NCBI GenBank assembly: GCA_910576955.1
Contig: CAJTJB010000005.1
Coordinates: 2,844-66,843 of the forward strand
Length of the DNA stretch: 64,000 nucleotides
Reading direction: 5' to 3'
Source: an uncultured Alphaproteobacteria bacterium
Lineage (GTDB): Bacteria; Pseudomonadota; Alphaproteobacteria; RF32; CAG-239
The notes beneath the pieces are model-generated. The model was not told the origin of the DNA and ran no database searches. It saw nothing but the letters and a program-made list of their open reading frames with translations. Of this stretch, positions 40,025-52,057 are shown piece by piece. Position numbers and translations under genes: made by a program. Position 1 is the stretch's first letter, and each line of letters begins with the position of its first letter.

Positions 40025-41247
40025 TACAAAATATTGAGTTATTTTTAGATGATAAGCCGTCTGTTTATGCCCTACGGCAAAAAGCCGGAAGTATTTTAAA
40101 AAAAATCGGATTTCCAGCACCGAAAAACGAGGCTTGGAAGTACGAAAACTTAACGGCATTATTAAATCACAACTTCCAGATTAGTACCGATGAACACATC
40201 TGCGGACACGACTGCTGCGGACATTCCACCCCCCAAACCCCGTTTATAGAAATTAAATTTTGCCGCGGAAAATTACACATTGAAGAATATAACACACCGC
40301 CGGGTTTAACCATAATGCCGCTTCCGTTAGCTTTATATGAGGGAGAGCATAAGCAATACATCTTCAATTCTTTCAATTTGGAGCAACACCCGTTTGCAGC
40401 GCTGAATGGGATGTATCTTGAGCAAGGGCTTTGCATACAAGTTCAAAAAGGCACTCATATTAACACTCCCGTACACATCAAATATAACCAAAACAACTGT
40501 GAAAATTTGCAGCTTAACATACATAATGTGATAATTGCCGAAAAAGACGCCGCAATTGATATTATTGAAGAGTTTTCCTCAACAACCCCCGAAAGCTATT
40601 TCATAAACATTGTCAACGAAATTTACTTAAAATCAAACGCCAAAGTCACGCACTACAAAATCCAGAAAGAAAATTCCCAAGCTTATCATATCGCATTAAA
40701 TGCAGTTAAGGCACAAAACAACTCTTCCTATAAACAATATTACCTCGCAAACGGTGCAAAATTCAGCCGTAATGAAAACATTATCAATCTTGAACAACCG
40801 CAGGCGCAAGCAGAAATATATTCCGCATACACGGCAAAAAAAGACTGTTTAACTGATATAACAACCGATATAAACCACAGACAGCCGCAAACATTTTCAA
40901 ATCAATACGCCAAAGCTGTATTGGAAGACAACTCAACCGCTGTTTTTCAGGGAAAGATACATATTTTGCCAAATGCCGTCAAAACCTCCGGCAACCAACT
41001 GCATAAAGCATTATATTTAAATGATAACGCAACCTTAAACTGCAAACCCGAATTAGAAATATACGCCGATGATGTCAAATGTTCACACGGGGCAAGTTGC
41101 GGTGAAATAGATAAAGAACAATTATTTTATCTGACATCCCGCGGCATAGACAAGCAAACCGCAATCGAGCTGCTTACCTCCGCGCATCTAAACGAAATCA
41201 TCGCGCTCATTCCAAACGGGCAAATCAAAGAATTATTTACCGTTTAA
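40006..41247 (+). CDS. sufD: Fe-S cluster assembly protein SufD
   Basis: 413 aa; SufB/SufD beta-helix family region; overlaps the sufC 3' end by 19 nt. Confidence 0.8.
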   Translation: MPASPLIQNIELFLDDKPSVYALRQKAGSILKKIGFPAPKNEAWKYENLTALLNHNFQISTDEHICGHDCCGHSTPQTPFIEIKFCRGKLHIEEYNTPPGLTIMPLPLALYEGEHKQYIFNSFNLEQHPFAALNGMYLEQGLCIQVQKGTHINTPVHIKYNQNNCENLQLNIHNVIIAEKDAAIDIIEEFSSTTPESYFINIVNEIYLKSNAKVTHYKIQKENSQAYHIALNAVKAQNNSSYKQYYLANGAKFSRNENIINLEQPQAQAEIYSAYTAKKDCLTDITTDINHRQPQTFSNQYAKAVLEDNSTAVFQGKIHILPNAVKTSGNQLHKALYLNDNATLNCKPELEIYADDVKCSHGASCGEIDKEQLFYLTSRGIDKQTAIELLTSAHLNEIIALIPNGQIKELFTV

Positions 41248-42053
41248 TCTTTTTCATTTTTAAAAATGCAGTCTGCCTGCAGTTTCAGCAGAGAAACAAC
41301 CAGCGCCGCAACAAAATAAAAAACAAACTGCAGGGCAAATTCTCCCGCCAAACTGCTCAACCAAAGCGGAAAAGCCTTTTGCAACACACGAAATATATTA
41401 CTGGCTTGCTTCATCAGATGAGAAAATAACAATAAATAAAATAAAAACCACGCCACAATCTTATAAATATTATCCACCATCGGCAAAAGGGTCTTGCCAA
41501 TCCACTGCCATCTTTCCCCATCCAAAAAACGAGCCAAAACAACAGAATTCAACAAAACAGCCAAAGCCGCCAATATAAAAAGCGAAACGACAACAAAAAT
41601 CGCAAGCTCAACCATCACATCCGGTGTTGCCACTCGCGCATAAAGCAGATATATTCCGCCGCCGATAACCAAAAATGCTGTTAAATACACCAATAAGAAA
41701 CCGGTAATTTTAACATCGCGCCCATTAACATCTCTCTTGATAACTTCGGCAAACGTCATACCTTTAAAAGCAATCAGCCACCAGCAGTTTATAAAAAGCC
41801 CCATCATAAATAATAACAACACAAACAACAACAGCAGCCCTACCGGATTATCCATACAATAAATCCCCCAACCGCTTAACTTTAAAGCACAAGCAAAGCT
41901 TTGCCCGAAAATCATAACCAATATTGCCGCTGCCAAAGAAAACAAGCCTATCAGGCTGCTAAAATCCCTAATTTTTTTATAGATGGTTTCAAAAGGAAAT
42001 GTAATCCCCTGCCAAAAAGGAAAAACAACATTATTTTCATTTTTTTTCTGCAT
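41244..42053 (-). CDS. Hypothetical polytopic membrane protein
   Basis: 269 aa with about 6 hydrophobic helices; no family assigned. Confidence 0.4.
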   Translation of the reverse strand: MQKKNENNVVFPFWQGITFPFETIYKKIRDFSSLIGLFSLAAAILVMIFGQSFACALKLSGWGIYCMDNPVGLLLLFVLLLFMMGLFINCWWLIAFKGMTFAEVIKRDVNGRDVKITGFLLVYLTAFLVIGGGIYLLYARVATPDVMVELAIFVVVSLFILAALAVLLNSVVLARFLDGERWQWIGKTLLPMVDNIYKIVAWFLFYLLLFSHLMKQASNIFRVLQKAFPLWLSSLAGEFALQFVFYFVAALVVSLLKLQADCIFKNEKD

Positions 42054-42069
42054 ACAACAATCTCCTCAA

Positions 42070-45000
42070 CTATATTTCTTTAACCGCGGAAACTCCCGGA
42101 ATACTTTTAAGCTTTGTCAATATCATATTATCGGCAAAAGCATACCCGCCCTCAAGCTCAATTCGGACATCCCATTCGTCAAGCTCTGGTTCAATATAAA
42201 CTTTATTCACGCCGCGCCGGTCAACACCCAAAATCTTTTTTATATCCGCAACCGCCGCAATATTAGCAACAGAAATAATAATTCCTTTTGCCTGTTCTGC
42301 AATAGCCTCATCCAACGTTTTCACGCTGTCAATACGGATTCGCGGGTTTTCTTCTTCCGTTTTCTTATCAATCACCAATTTAACCAGCAGCGGACAGCCG
42401 CTGTTAATTGTTTCCTCATATTTAGCCAATGCATCCGAAAACATCATTCCCTCAAAATTTTGAGTTGTATCCGACAGCCCCAAAAATGCATATTTATTAC
42501 CGCTTTTGGCGATTCGTTTTTGAAAACTCTCCACACATCCAGCAATATTGGCTTTAATACTGTCGCCGGTTCTGATATTGGCTAACACCTCCTGACACGT
42601 TTTCACGCCGAGTTTTTTCATACTGTCAGCATATATATCAAGCGGATGCGCAGAAAGATAAAACCCGATAGCCGCCGCTTCCAACCGCAGTTTTTCCAAA
42701 TCCGGCCAATCGGGCGCATCAGATAGTTTCACTTTAGAAGAATACTCTTCCACCCCAAACAACGAAGATTGCACGCTCGTTTTCATATCTGTTGCCGAAG
42801 AAATATTTTTCAAAATCAAATCAATGTTTGCAAACAACTTGCCGCGTTTCTTCTCAATGCTGTCAAACGCGCCAGCTTTAATCAGCTGCTCTAACTGTTT
42901 ACGATTAAGCTGTTTTGCATCCACACGATTAATAAAATCAGATATATCCTTAAACTTACCGCCCTTTTCGCGCGCCTCGACAATCGCATTCATATTCGAT
43001 TCGCCAACACCTTTAATCGCTCCTAATGCATATCTTAATTTGCCGTTCTGTACGCTGAATTTTGCCAAAGATTCATTAATATCGGGCTTTAACACCTCGA
43101 TTCCCATTGCCTTGCACTCGGCTTTAAAACCGGCGAGTTTATCCGTATTTGTAATATCCAAATCCATAACCGCGCACATAAATTCCACCGGAAAATGCGC
43201 TTTAAGATATGCCGTATGATAAGACACTAAAGAATACGCCGCAGCATGGGATTTATTAAATCCGTAAGACGCAAATTTTTCCATCTGGTCAAAAATGCTT
43301 TTTGCCACATCCTCGTCAATACCGTTTTTAATTGCCCCTTCGGTAAACATAATACGCTGCTTCGGAATTTCATCGCGCATTTTTTTACCCATCACCTTAC
43401 GCAGCTTATCCGCACCGCCCATCGTATAGCCCCCCAGCTCGCGGGCAATCATCATAACCTGCTCTTGATAAACCATAATGCCGTACGTTTCTTTTAAAAT
43501 CGGCTCCAGTTTCGGGTGTAAATACTGAATTTCCTCCTCGCCGTGCTTACGTTTAATAAATGTCGGAATATTATCCATCGGTCCAGGGCGATAAAGCGAC
43601 ACAATCGCGATTAAATCTTCAAAACGGTCCGGTTTGATTTGCTTATGCACATCTTTCATACCCGCCGACTCGAACTGGAACACGGCAGTAGTCTTACCGT
43701 CTTGCAGCATTTTGTATGTATCGGCATCATCCAGCGGCACGGCTTCCATATCCAGATCAATTCCCTGCGCCCGCTTAATCCAGTCCACCGCTCGTTGAAT
43801 AACCGTTAAAGTTTTCAAACCCAAAAAGTCAAATTTAATCAAACCGGTTTCTTCAACATATTTCATATCATACATCGTCACCGGCATATCAGCCCGCGGA
43901 TCTTTATAAAGCGGCACAAGCTGTTCCAGCGGTCTGTCGCCGATAACCACGCCAGCCGCATGCATACCCGAGTTGCGGTATAATCCCTCAAGCTTAATCG
44001 CAATTTCAAAAAGTTTGTTCACCTGCGGGTCATTTTGGCGTAATTCTTCTAACTCCGGTACCATCTCCAAAGCTTCAGGCAAAGTCGGGTTTTTGCCTTG
44101 TGCCCCCGCCGGAATCATTTTAGATATTTTATCCGCCTGTGAATATGGCATTTGCAGCACGCGCGCCACATCGCGGATAACCGCTTTCGATTGCAATTTG
44201 CCATATGTAATAATTTGCGCCACATGGTCAAAACCATATTTTTCTTGCACATATTCAATCGTTTTATACCGATTCTCTTGGCAAAAATCGACGTCAAAGT
44301 CCGGCATATTAACGCGTTCCGGATTAAGAAAACGCTCAAACAGCAAATCAAGCTTTAACGGGTCAAGTTCCGTAACTTTCAAAGACCACGCCACAATCGA
44401 ACCTGCACCCGAACCACGCCCCGGACCAACCGGCACGCCATGCCCTTTAGACCATTTAATAAAGTCCGACACGATAAGAAAATATCCCGGGAATCCCATT
44501 TTCTTAATAACGCTTAACTCATATTCAAGCCGCGCATAATAGCGCTCGTCAATTTCAGCCTTTTGCTCTGCGGTCATCCCCTCAAAATAAACCGCTTTTT
44601 GCATCCTCTCATCAAGTCCCCGATAGGCTTCTTCGGTAATAAACTCGTCTTGCGTTTTCCCTTCCGGACATTCAAAAATCGGCAATAGCGGATCAACCTT
44701 TTTGGAAAGGTAATTACACAGTTTTGCAATCCGAACAGTATTGTTGACAGCTTCCGGCAAATCGGAAAACAGCTCAACCATTTCCTCTTCCGTACGCAAC
44801 CGGTTATTAATTGAAAACTTGCGCCGATTCTCATTGGCCACATATTCGCCGGCAGAAATACATACCAACGCATCATGCGCCTCAAACATATCTTCGTCTA
44901 AAAAGAAAACCTCGTTTGTCGCCACCAGCGGAATATTATGTTTATAAGCAAAATCAATAAAAGTTTCTTCCGTCCGCTGTTCTTTTTCTGTCCCGATTCG

Positions 45001-45543
45001 CGAAATTTCCATATACAGCCGGTCTTGAAAAATCTCTTTGAGCTTAAGCGTGAATTCTTCCGCCTCTTCTTTGCGATTCTCTAAAAGCAGCCGCCCGATT
45101 GTTCCCTCAACCCCGCCGGTCAAAGCAATCAAACCGCCGTTAAAATTCTGCAAATTCTCTAAAGTCAGCTGCGGCGACCATCCTTTTTCGGTATTGTCCA
45201 GATAAAACCGTTTCATCAGTTTCATAATATTGCCGTACCCCTCGGCATTCATCACCAAAAGAACGATTTTATCCGGATCTTGTTCCTTGCCTTTAGATTT
45301 CATTATGTCATCAGAATCGGCATTACGGAGTAAAAATTGACACCCCATAATCGGCTTAATCCCCTCATCTGCCGCATATTTGGAAAAAGCCTTTCCGCCA
45401 AACATATTTGCCGAGTCAGTCACCGCCACCGCCGGCACGCCCATATCATGCAATTTATGAATAAGAGTAGGCAGCATAATCGCGCCTTCCGCCAGCGAAT
45501 ACGCGGTATGAACTCTCAAATGCACAAACTTCGGGTCTTTCAT
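42070..45543 (-). CDS. dnaE: DNA polymerase III alpha subunit
   Basis: 1157 aa; N-terminal PHP domain (HLRVHTAYSL); polymerase core, HhH and OB domains. Confidence 0.95.
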   Translation of the reverse strand: MKDPKFVHLRVHTAYSLAEGAIMLPTLIHKLHDMGVPAVAVTDSANMFGGKAFSKYAADEGIKPIMGCQFLLRNADSDDIMKSKGKEQDPDKIVLLVMNAEGYGNIMKLMKRFYLDNTEKGWSPQLTLENLQNFNGGLIALTGGVEGTIGRLLLENRKEEAEEFTLKLKEIFQDRLYMEISRIGTEKEQRTEETFIDFAYKHNIPLVATNEVFFLDEDMFEAHDALVCISAGEYVANENRRKFSINNRLRTEEEMVELFSDLPEAVNNTVRIAKLCNYLSKKVDPLLPIFECPEGKTQDEFITEEAYRGLDERMQKAVYFEGMTAEQKAEIDERYYARLEYELSVIKKMGFPGYFLIVSDFIKWSKGHGVPVGPGRGSGAGSIVAWSLKVTELDPLKLDLLFERFLNPERVNMPDFDVDFCQENRYKTIEYVQEKYGFDHVAQIITYGKLQSKAVIRDVARVLQMPYSQADKISKMIPAGAQGKNPTLPEALEMVPELEELRQNDPQVNKLFEIAIKLEGLYRNSGMHAAGVVIGDRPLEQLVPLYKDPRADMPVTMYDMKYVEETGLIKFDFLGLKTLTVIQRAVDWIKRAQGIDLDMEAVPLDDADTYKMLQDGKTTAVFQFESAGMKDVHKQIKPDRFEDLIAIVSLYRPGPMDNIPTFIKRKHGEEEIQYLHPKLEPILKETYGIMVYQEQVMMIARELGGYTMGGADKLRKVMGKKMRDEIPKQRIMFTEGAIKNGIDEDVAKSIFDQMEKFASYGFNKSHAAAYSLVSYHTAYLKAHFPVEFMCAVMDLDITNTDKLAGFKAECKAMGIEVLKPDINESLAKFSVQNGKLRYALGAIKGVGESNMNAIVEAREKGGKFKDISDFINRVDAKQLNRKQLEQLIKAGAFDSIEKKRGKLFANIDLILKNISSATDMKTSVQSSLFGVEEYSSKVKLSDAPDWPDLEKLRLEAAAIGFYLSAHPLDIYADSMKKLGVKTCQEVLANIRTGDSIKANIAGCVESFQKRIAKSGNKYAFLGLSDTTQNFEGMMFSDALAKYEETINSGCPLLVKLVIDKKTEEENPRIRIDSVKTLDEAIAEQAKGIIISVANIAAVADIKKILGVDRRGVNKVYIEPELDEWDVRIELEGGYAFADNMILTKLKSIPGVSAVKEI

Positions 45544-45708
45544 TATTATATCCTGTTAATCATTTAACCGGATTCTATCACATACTTCTAATATCTCAAC
45601 AATTATTATTGTTATATAACCAAAAGGGAATACAGAAATTAACCTTGAAATATAAATCTCTTTTCAATAGACTTAACACATAAAAAAATAACTTTACGGA
45701 ATAAGCTT

Positions 45709-46878
45709 ATGTCTGAAACATTTTGTTTACACAACGCCACCCTCTTAACCGGCTTTTCCATAATGGAAAAATGCGCAGTTTATATCAAAAACCGCAAAAT
45801 TGCCGATGTTTTTAAAGAAGAAAGATTAACTCAAAAACAGTTTTCTCCCGATACTAAAATTATAGATGTCAACAATGCATACATTTCCCCCGGCTTTATT
45901 GACACACACATCCACGGCATTGGTGGATTCGGAACAGATGACCAAAGCAGCGATTCCATCCTTAAAATGTCCGAACTGCTGCTTGAATATGGCGTCACAT
46001 CGTTTATCCCCACTCTTTATGCCGCGAAAGAAGAGCAGTTAATTAACAACATCCGTGCCGTCACTTCTGCAATGGGCAAAGAAACCGGCGCAAAAATATT
46101 AGGCATTCACCTGGAGGGTCCTTTTATCTCTCCCGAGCGGCTTGGCGTTCAAACGCCGGATTCAATATCTCCCGTTGACATAGATTTAATGAAACGCCTT
46201 TGGGAAGCCTCCGATGGAAAAATTATCAATATGACCGTTGCTCCCGAGCTTAAAGGAATGCGGGAACTCGCTCTTTATTGCATAAAAAAAGGCATTATCC
46301 TCCAAGCCGGACACACAAACGCCACATACGAGCAAATGGTTGAGGGAATGCAGGTGCGAATAATGCACATAACTCACTTGTTTAACGCCATGAGCCGTAT
46401 TCACCATCGCAACCCCGGCGCTGTCGGCGCTGCTTTTATACATCCGGAATTATCTTGCGAACTAATTGCAGACGGTATTCATATCGACCCGAATTTAATA
46501 AAAATGCTGGTGCAATTTAAACCGGCAGATAAATTAGTGCTTATAACCGATTCGCTAAAGCCCACCAAACAAAAAGGCGACATACTCTATGCTAACGGCG
46601 AAGAAGTTTATCTCGATAAATGTTTTTACCGCAAATCAGACAATGTAATAGCCGGCTCTTCGCTAACAATGATTGACGGCGTGAAAAACCTCATATCTTG
46701 GGGACTTTCCCCCGATTTAGCCATTAAAATGGCATCAACCAATCCGGCACGTCTGATGAATCTGAAAAACAAAGGTTTTCTAGCCCCCGGTTACGATGCT
46801 GATTTAGTTATATTTAATAAAGAGTGCGATATTTTAGGAACGGTAATCAACGGAAACCGGCAACATTTTAAAATCTGA
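45709..46878 (+). CDS. nagA: N-acetylglucosamine-6-phosphate deacetylase
   Basis: 389 aa; amidohydrolase metal-binding H-x-H ([10 protein letters not shown]); NagA-like N-terminus. Confidence 0.85.
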   Translation: MSETFCLHNATLLTGFSIMEKCAVYIKNRKIADVFKEERLTQKQFSPDTKIIDVNNAYISPGFIDTHIHGIGGFGTDDQSSDSILKMSELLLEYGVTSFIPTLYAAKEEQLINNIRAVTSAMGKETGAKILGIHLEGPFISPERLGVQTPDSISPVDIDLMKRLWEASDGKIINMTVAPELKGMRELALYCIKKGIILQAGHTNATYEQMVEGMQVRIMHITHLFNAMSRIHHRNPGAVGAAFIHPELSCELIADGIHIDPNLIKMLVQFKPADKLVLITDSLKPTKQKGDILYANGEEVYLDKCFYRKSDNVIAGSSLTMIDGVKNLISWGLSPDLAIKMASTNPARLMNLKNKGFLAPGYDADLVIFNKECDILGTVINGNRQHFKI

Positions 46879-46892
46879 AAAGGAGAACAACA

Positions 46893-47675
46893 ATGCGTTT
46901 AATAATCAAAAACACCCCACAAGACTGTGCCAACTGGACGGCAGATTATATAGCAGATAAAATCAATAGCTTTCAGCCCACACCGGACAAGCCTTTTGTT
47001 CTCGGACTTCCCACCGGCTCTTCACCGTTGCCCACATACCAACGCCTCATAGAACTCTGCCAAACAGACAAAGTATCTTTTGCCAATATCGTCACTTTTA
47101 ATATGGATGAATATATTAACTTACCGCCCGAACACCCACAAAGCTATCATTACTTTATGCACGAAAACTTTTTCAAACACATTGATATAAAACCGCAAAA
47201 CATAAACATTTTAAACGGAATGGCAAAAGACCTGACAGAAGAAGCCGCCAAATATGAAACCAAAATAAAACAATACGGCAAAATCAATTTATTTTTAGGC
47301 GGTGTCGGAGAAGACGGGCATATTGCTTTTAACGAACCGGGCTCATCGTTGGTTTCACGCACCCGCGTCAAAACTCTGACAACCGACACACGCAAAGTAA
47401 ACGCCCGTTTCTTTGATAATGACATAAACAAAGTTCCCGAAACAGCCCTGACTGTTGGCGTCGGCACAATTTTAGACGCCGAGGAAGTTGTCATCTTGAT
47501 TACCGGGCACAAAAAAGCCCGTGCGCTGCAACAAGCTGTTGAAGGCGGTGTCAGCCAAATGTGGACCATCAGCGCCCTGCAGCTGCACCCCAAATCCATT
47601 TTAGTATGTGATGAAGATGCCACCGACGAGCTGAAAGTTGCCACCGTTAAATATTTCAAAGATATCGAAAAATAA
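46893..47675 (+). CDS. nagB: Glucosamine-6-phosphate deaminase
   Basis: 260 aa; NagB motifs LGLPTGSSP and [16 protein letters not shown]. Confidence 0.9.
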   Translation: MRLIIKNTPQDCANWTADYIADKINSFQPTPDKPFVLGLPTGSSPLPTYQRLIELCQTDKVSFANIVTFNMDEYINLPPEHPQSYHYFMHENFFKHIDIKPQNINILNGMAKDLTEEAAKYETKIKQYGKINLFLGGVGEDGHIAFNEPGSSLVSRTRVKTLTTDTRKVNARFFDNDINKVPETALTVGVGTILDAEEVVILITGHKKARALQQAVEGGVSQMWTISALQLHPKSILVCDEDATDELKVATVKYFKDIEK

Positions 47676-47742
47676 CGTTTTCTTTTATTACCCAAACAAT
47701 CAAAACTTTTCTTTTCTCGTTATATACACACACTGCTAATCA

Positions 47743-47776
47743 CAAAAAAGAGCGCTTAAACAAGCGCCCTTTTTTA
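47743..47776. terminator. Probable bidirectional terminator between nagB and the small minus-strand gene
   Basis: Short GC hairpin gagcgc-ttaaacaa-gcgccc flanked by A6 and T6. Confidence 0.45.
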
Positions 47777-47798
47777 ATGTTTTAATATAAACTGACTA

Positions 47799-48029
47799 TT
47801 ATTCGTATTTTGCCTCTGCACCGTTTTCATAAACATCTTGAGCATCATCAAAATTACTCTTCAAAACTTTTCCAAGTTTCGCCGCTGAATCGGCTGTATT
47901 TTCAGCCGATTCGCTATGCAATGTAACTTTTAAATACTCCAGCTGTTCTTCCGGCGTTACACCTGCAAAACCCCACCAAGCAGCAGAGCCTGCGGCAACC
48001 AGCGCAATAAGAATAACAATTGCTTTCAT
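47799..48029 (-). CDS. Small membrane-anchored protein downstream of eno
   Basis: 76 aa; N-terminal hydrophobic helix then an acidic soluble tail; co-directional with eno, starting 13 nt after its stop. Confidence 0.4.
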   Translation of the reverse strand: MKAIVILIALVAAGSAAWWGFAGVTPEEQLEYLKVTLHSESAENTADSAAKLGKVLKSNFDDAQDVYENGAEAKYE

Positions 48030-48041
48030 CGCCTGAAATCC

Positions 48042-49328
<1,287 letters not shown>

Positions 49329-49486
49329 CTATTATTAAAATTAACTGCCGTTTAATATACCTTTTCGGATTATAAAGTCAAGATTCTTCTCATTTTTTCG
49401 CTCTTATTTAAATGAAACAAAATCCTTGTAAAATAATAAAAAAATGCTAAACTGACTGATAGTGGACTTTATTTTGGAGAAAACGT

Positions 49487-49951
49487 ATGTTTACAATGAA
49501 ATGGCACTATCGGTTTATGGAACTCGCAAAGCTTGTTGCCACTTGGTCTAAAGACACCTCAACCAAAACCGGCGCCGTAATTGTCGGTCCGGATAAAGAA
49601 ATCCGCGCCACCGGTTATAACGGTTTTGTCCGCGGCGTAGATGATGACGTTTTTGAGCGTTTTGAACGTCCCACAAAATACGACTTTTTCGAACATGCCG
49701 AAAGGAATGCCGTTTATAATGCCTGCCTTTGCGGAACTTGTGTCAAAGGCTGTGTTTTATATGCCACTCATTTTCCCTGCACTGACTGCACAAGAGCTAT
49801 CATCCAGTCCGGCATTAAACTGGTTGTAACCAACCCTCTTAAAATAGATAAAAATACGCCGCAAAACACTTGGCGCGACCGCATAACTTATTCCGAGCAA
49901 ATGCTCAATGAAGCCGGTGTCGAGCTGCTTATTTTGCCCCCTCAAGAATAA
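49487..49951 (+). CDS. dCMP/cytidine deaminase family zinc enzyme
   Basis: 154 aa; HAERNA zinc-binding motif and PCTDC motif. Confidence 0.8.
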   Translation: MFTMKWHYRFMELAKLVATWSKDTSTKTGAVIVGPDKEIRATGYNGFVRGVDDDVFERFERPTKYDFFEHAERNAVYNACLCGTCVKGCVLYATHFPCTDCTRAIIQSGIKLVVTNPLKIDKNTPQNTWRDRITYSEQMLNEAGVELLILPPQE

Positions 49952-50040
49952 AAAAAACTTTAACCCCGCTTTAAATGCGCTAATCCGTACTTATATTGCA
50001 ACTACATTTAGCCAATACCTTGATTTTATAGGAGATATAA

Positions 50041-50670
50041 ATGAAAGTTTTAATAACGGACGAACAATCACTATTCAGGGACGGATTATCTTTAAGATTG
50101 AAACAAATAAATCAGGATATTGTTATTCTGCAGTCCTCAAGCCTTGCGGAAATGCAAAAAATACTATCCAAAGAAACAGATATTGACATCTTAATTTTGG
50201 ATATAGACTTGGCAGAACTTAATGCTACAGAAATAATAAGTAAAATCAAAACATTAGCACCAAACACCAAAATTGTTGCCATTTCTTCTTCCGAAGACAC
50301 CAGAAACATCAAAAAAATTTTGTCCTGCGGCGTCAAAGGATACATCCCCAAGCGCTCAGATAGCAACATCTTAAGCGGTGCATTAAAACTCATTTTAGAC
50401 GGCGGAACATATATCCCGCCTGCAATGTTAGACAATGGCGTAGACTACGGCTCTTATCAAACAAACAGCCCTTTAAAGAAAAATCTGACAAACCGCCAGT
50501 CACAAGTACTTGATTTAATTGCACAAGGCAAGTCAAACAAGCAAATAGCTTACGATATGGGCGTATCAGAAGCCACTGTCAAATTGCATATTAACGCCTT
50601 GCTCCGCTGCCTGAAAGTAAACAATCGTACTCAGGCTGTCATCACCGCTCAAAAAATGGGATTGATATAA
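50041..50670 (+). CDS. LuxR/FixJ-family response regulator (REC plus HTH)
   Basis: 209 aa; receiver domain with putative phospho-Asp in ILILDIDL; C-terminal LuxR HTH LTNRQSQVLDLIAQGKSNKQIAYDMGVSEATVKLHI; no adjacent histidine kinase. Confidence 0.8.
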   Translation: MKVLITDEQSLFRDGLSLRLKQINQDIVILQSSSLAEMQKILSKETDIDILILDIDLAELNATEIISKIKTLAPNTKIVAISSSEDTRNIKKILSCGVKGYIPKRSDSNILSGALKLILDGGTYIPPAMLDNGVDYGSYQTNSPLKKNLTNRQSQVLDLIAQGKSNKQIAYDMGVSEATVKLHINALLRCLKVNNRTQAVITAQKMGLI

Positions 50671-50735
50671 GCTTAAAGATTATTTTACCTTTTGCTTATT
50701 ACAATACAGCCAAATAACAAGCCGGAGAAAATTTT

Positions 50736-51437
50736 ATGACATACCTGATAATCGGTTTTATTTTTGGTTTTTCGATTCCCTATTTGGCACGCCGTTTTTC
50801 CAAATTTATGCCTGCCACTTTTGCCTATGCGCTGTATCGCATTTTTTGCATAAATAAACGCGTTCCCCGCAGCAAAAGGCTGGCTAATCACAAATACCGC
50901 CAACTAACCCGCAGATACTTTATGCGTTCTCTGGGCTGGGGAATAATCACCGCAGCTATTACCTTCCTCACCTCGCAAGTACTGCCTTCTGCAGAAACAC
51001 CTTGGATTGTTTTCCTCATTATCGTTTTATTTATTTTAATGGAAATAGATAAACGAATGTTTCTCCTGCCGGATTTATTAACCGTACCCTTGCTGATTGG
51101 CGGATTCGCCTACGCGGCATTTGCCGGCGAACTTCTGGGATATAATAACGCAGACGCCGCACAAAACAGCGCACTGGGCGCAGCTTTTGGTTATTTTATA
51201 CCCGTTATCGCATCTCTATTTTTAATCAAAAAACATCCGGATGTTTTTGGCGGCGGGGATATCAAGTTATTGGCTGCCCTCGGGGCTTGGCTCGGCTTTG
51301 TAAACATCCCGTATATTATTTTAGCATCTTGTCTTATTTTTGCAGTTTCTTGTTTTATTAACAAACAACGCCAAGGCGCTTTCGGACCCTCAATAGTGTT
51401 GGCAGCCCTAATTATATTATTTTTGTTAGAATACTAA
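50736..51437 (+). CDS. A24-family prepilin peptidase-like membrane protein (CpaA/TadV-like)
   Basis: 233 aa polytopic; candidate catalytic Asp pair in EIDKRMFLLPD and GGGDIKLLAALG; no N-terminal zinc-finger Cys. Confidence 0.6.
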   Translation: MTYLIIGFIFGFSIPYLARRFSKFMPATFAYALYRIFCINKRVPRSKRLANHKYRQLTRRYFMRSLGWGIITAAITFLTSQVLPSAETPWIVFLIIVLFILMEIDKRMFLLPDLLTVPLLIGGFAYAAFAGELLGYNNADAAQNSALGAAFGYFIPVIASLFLIKKHPDVFGGGDIKLLAALGAWLGFVNIPYIILASCLIFAVSCFINKQRQGAFGPSIVLAALIILFLLEY

Positions 51438-51468
51438 AAAAGAGGGCGCAAAGCCCTCTTTCTTTTTG
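51436..51468. terminator. Bidirectional rho-independent terminator
   Basis: Hairpin agagggc-gcaa-gccctct flanked by A5 and TTTCTTTTT, between convergent genes. Confidence 0.65.
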
Positions 51469-51481
51469 TTTCAAAAAACAA

Positions 51482-51952
51482 TTATTTCGCAGCCGGTCCA
51501 AACTTATTGTCTTCTGCATCCCCTGGCATACAGAACAAGAACAACAATGCCAAACCGCCAATAAACGGAATTAAGGCAATCAGATAAAACCAACCGGAAA
51601 GGTTCAAGTCATGCAAACGGCGAATGCCCAGCCCGATACTCGGAACAATCAAAGCAATACCATAAAGCAAAGAAAGAATTGCCAAAACCGGAATAATCAA
51701 AATAACAATATTGAATGCAATGCTAATCAATAAAGAATACAACACAAACATCCAGTAATCGCGGCGTGTTGCTCTGCCATCAAACTTTGCATAATTATTT
51801 TTCAGATAATCAACAAAGTATGTATTAAACCCATTCTTAAATTTCTCACCGTTAACATCTTTAACACTTTTAAAAGCTTCGGCAATATCATGTCCCATAC
51901 TCTTTAATAAAGCTTTCAAATTATTAGTATCTTTCAAAGAATTAAAATCCAT
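51482..51952 (-). CDS. DUF805-family inner-membrane protein
   Basis: 156 aa; RRLHD motif and three TM helices characteristic of DUF805/YhaH-like proteins. Confidence 0.65.
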   Translation of the reverse strand: MDFNSLKDTNNLKALLKSMGHDIAEAFKSVKDVNGEKFKNGFNTYFVDYLKNNYAKFDGRATRRDYWMFVLYSLLISIAFNIVILIIPVLAILSLLYGIALIVPSIGLGIRRLHDLNLSGWFYLIALIPFIGGLALLFLFCMPGDAEDNKFGPAAK

Positions 51953-52057
51953 AACATCATCTCCTAAATTTTACACAACCCAAAGGTCAACAGATTTATA
52001 TCTGTCCTCATAATGCTTTTATAATTTAATCAATTCAATCAAAAATAAAAGATATAT

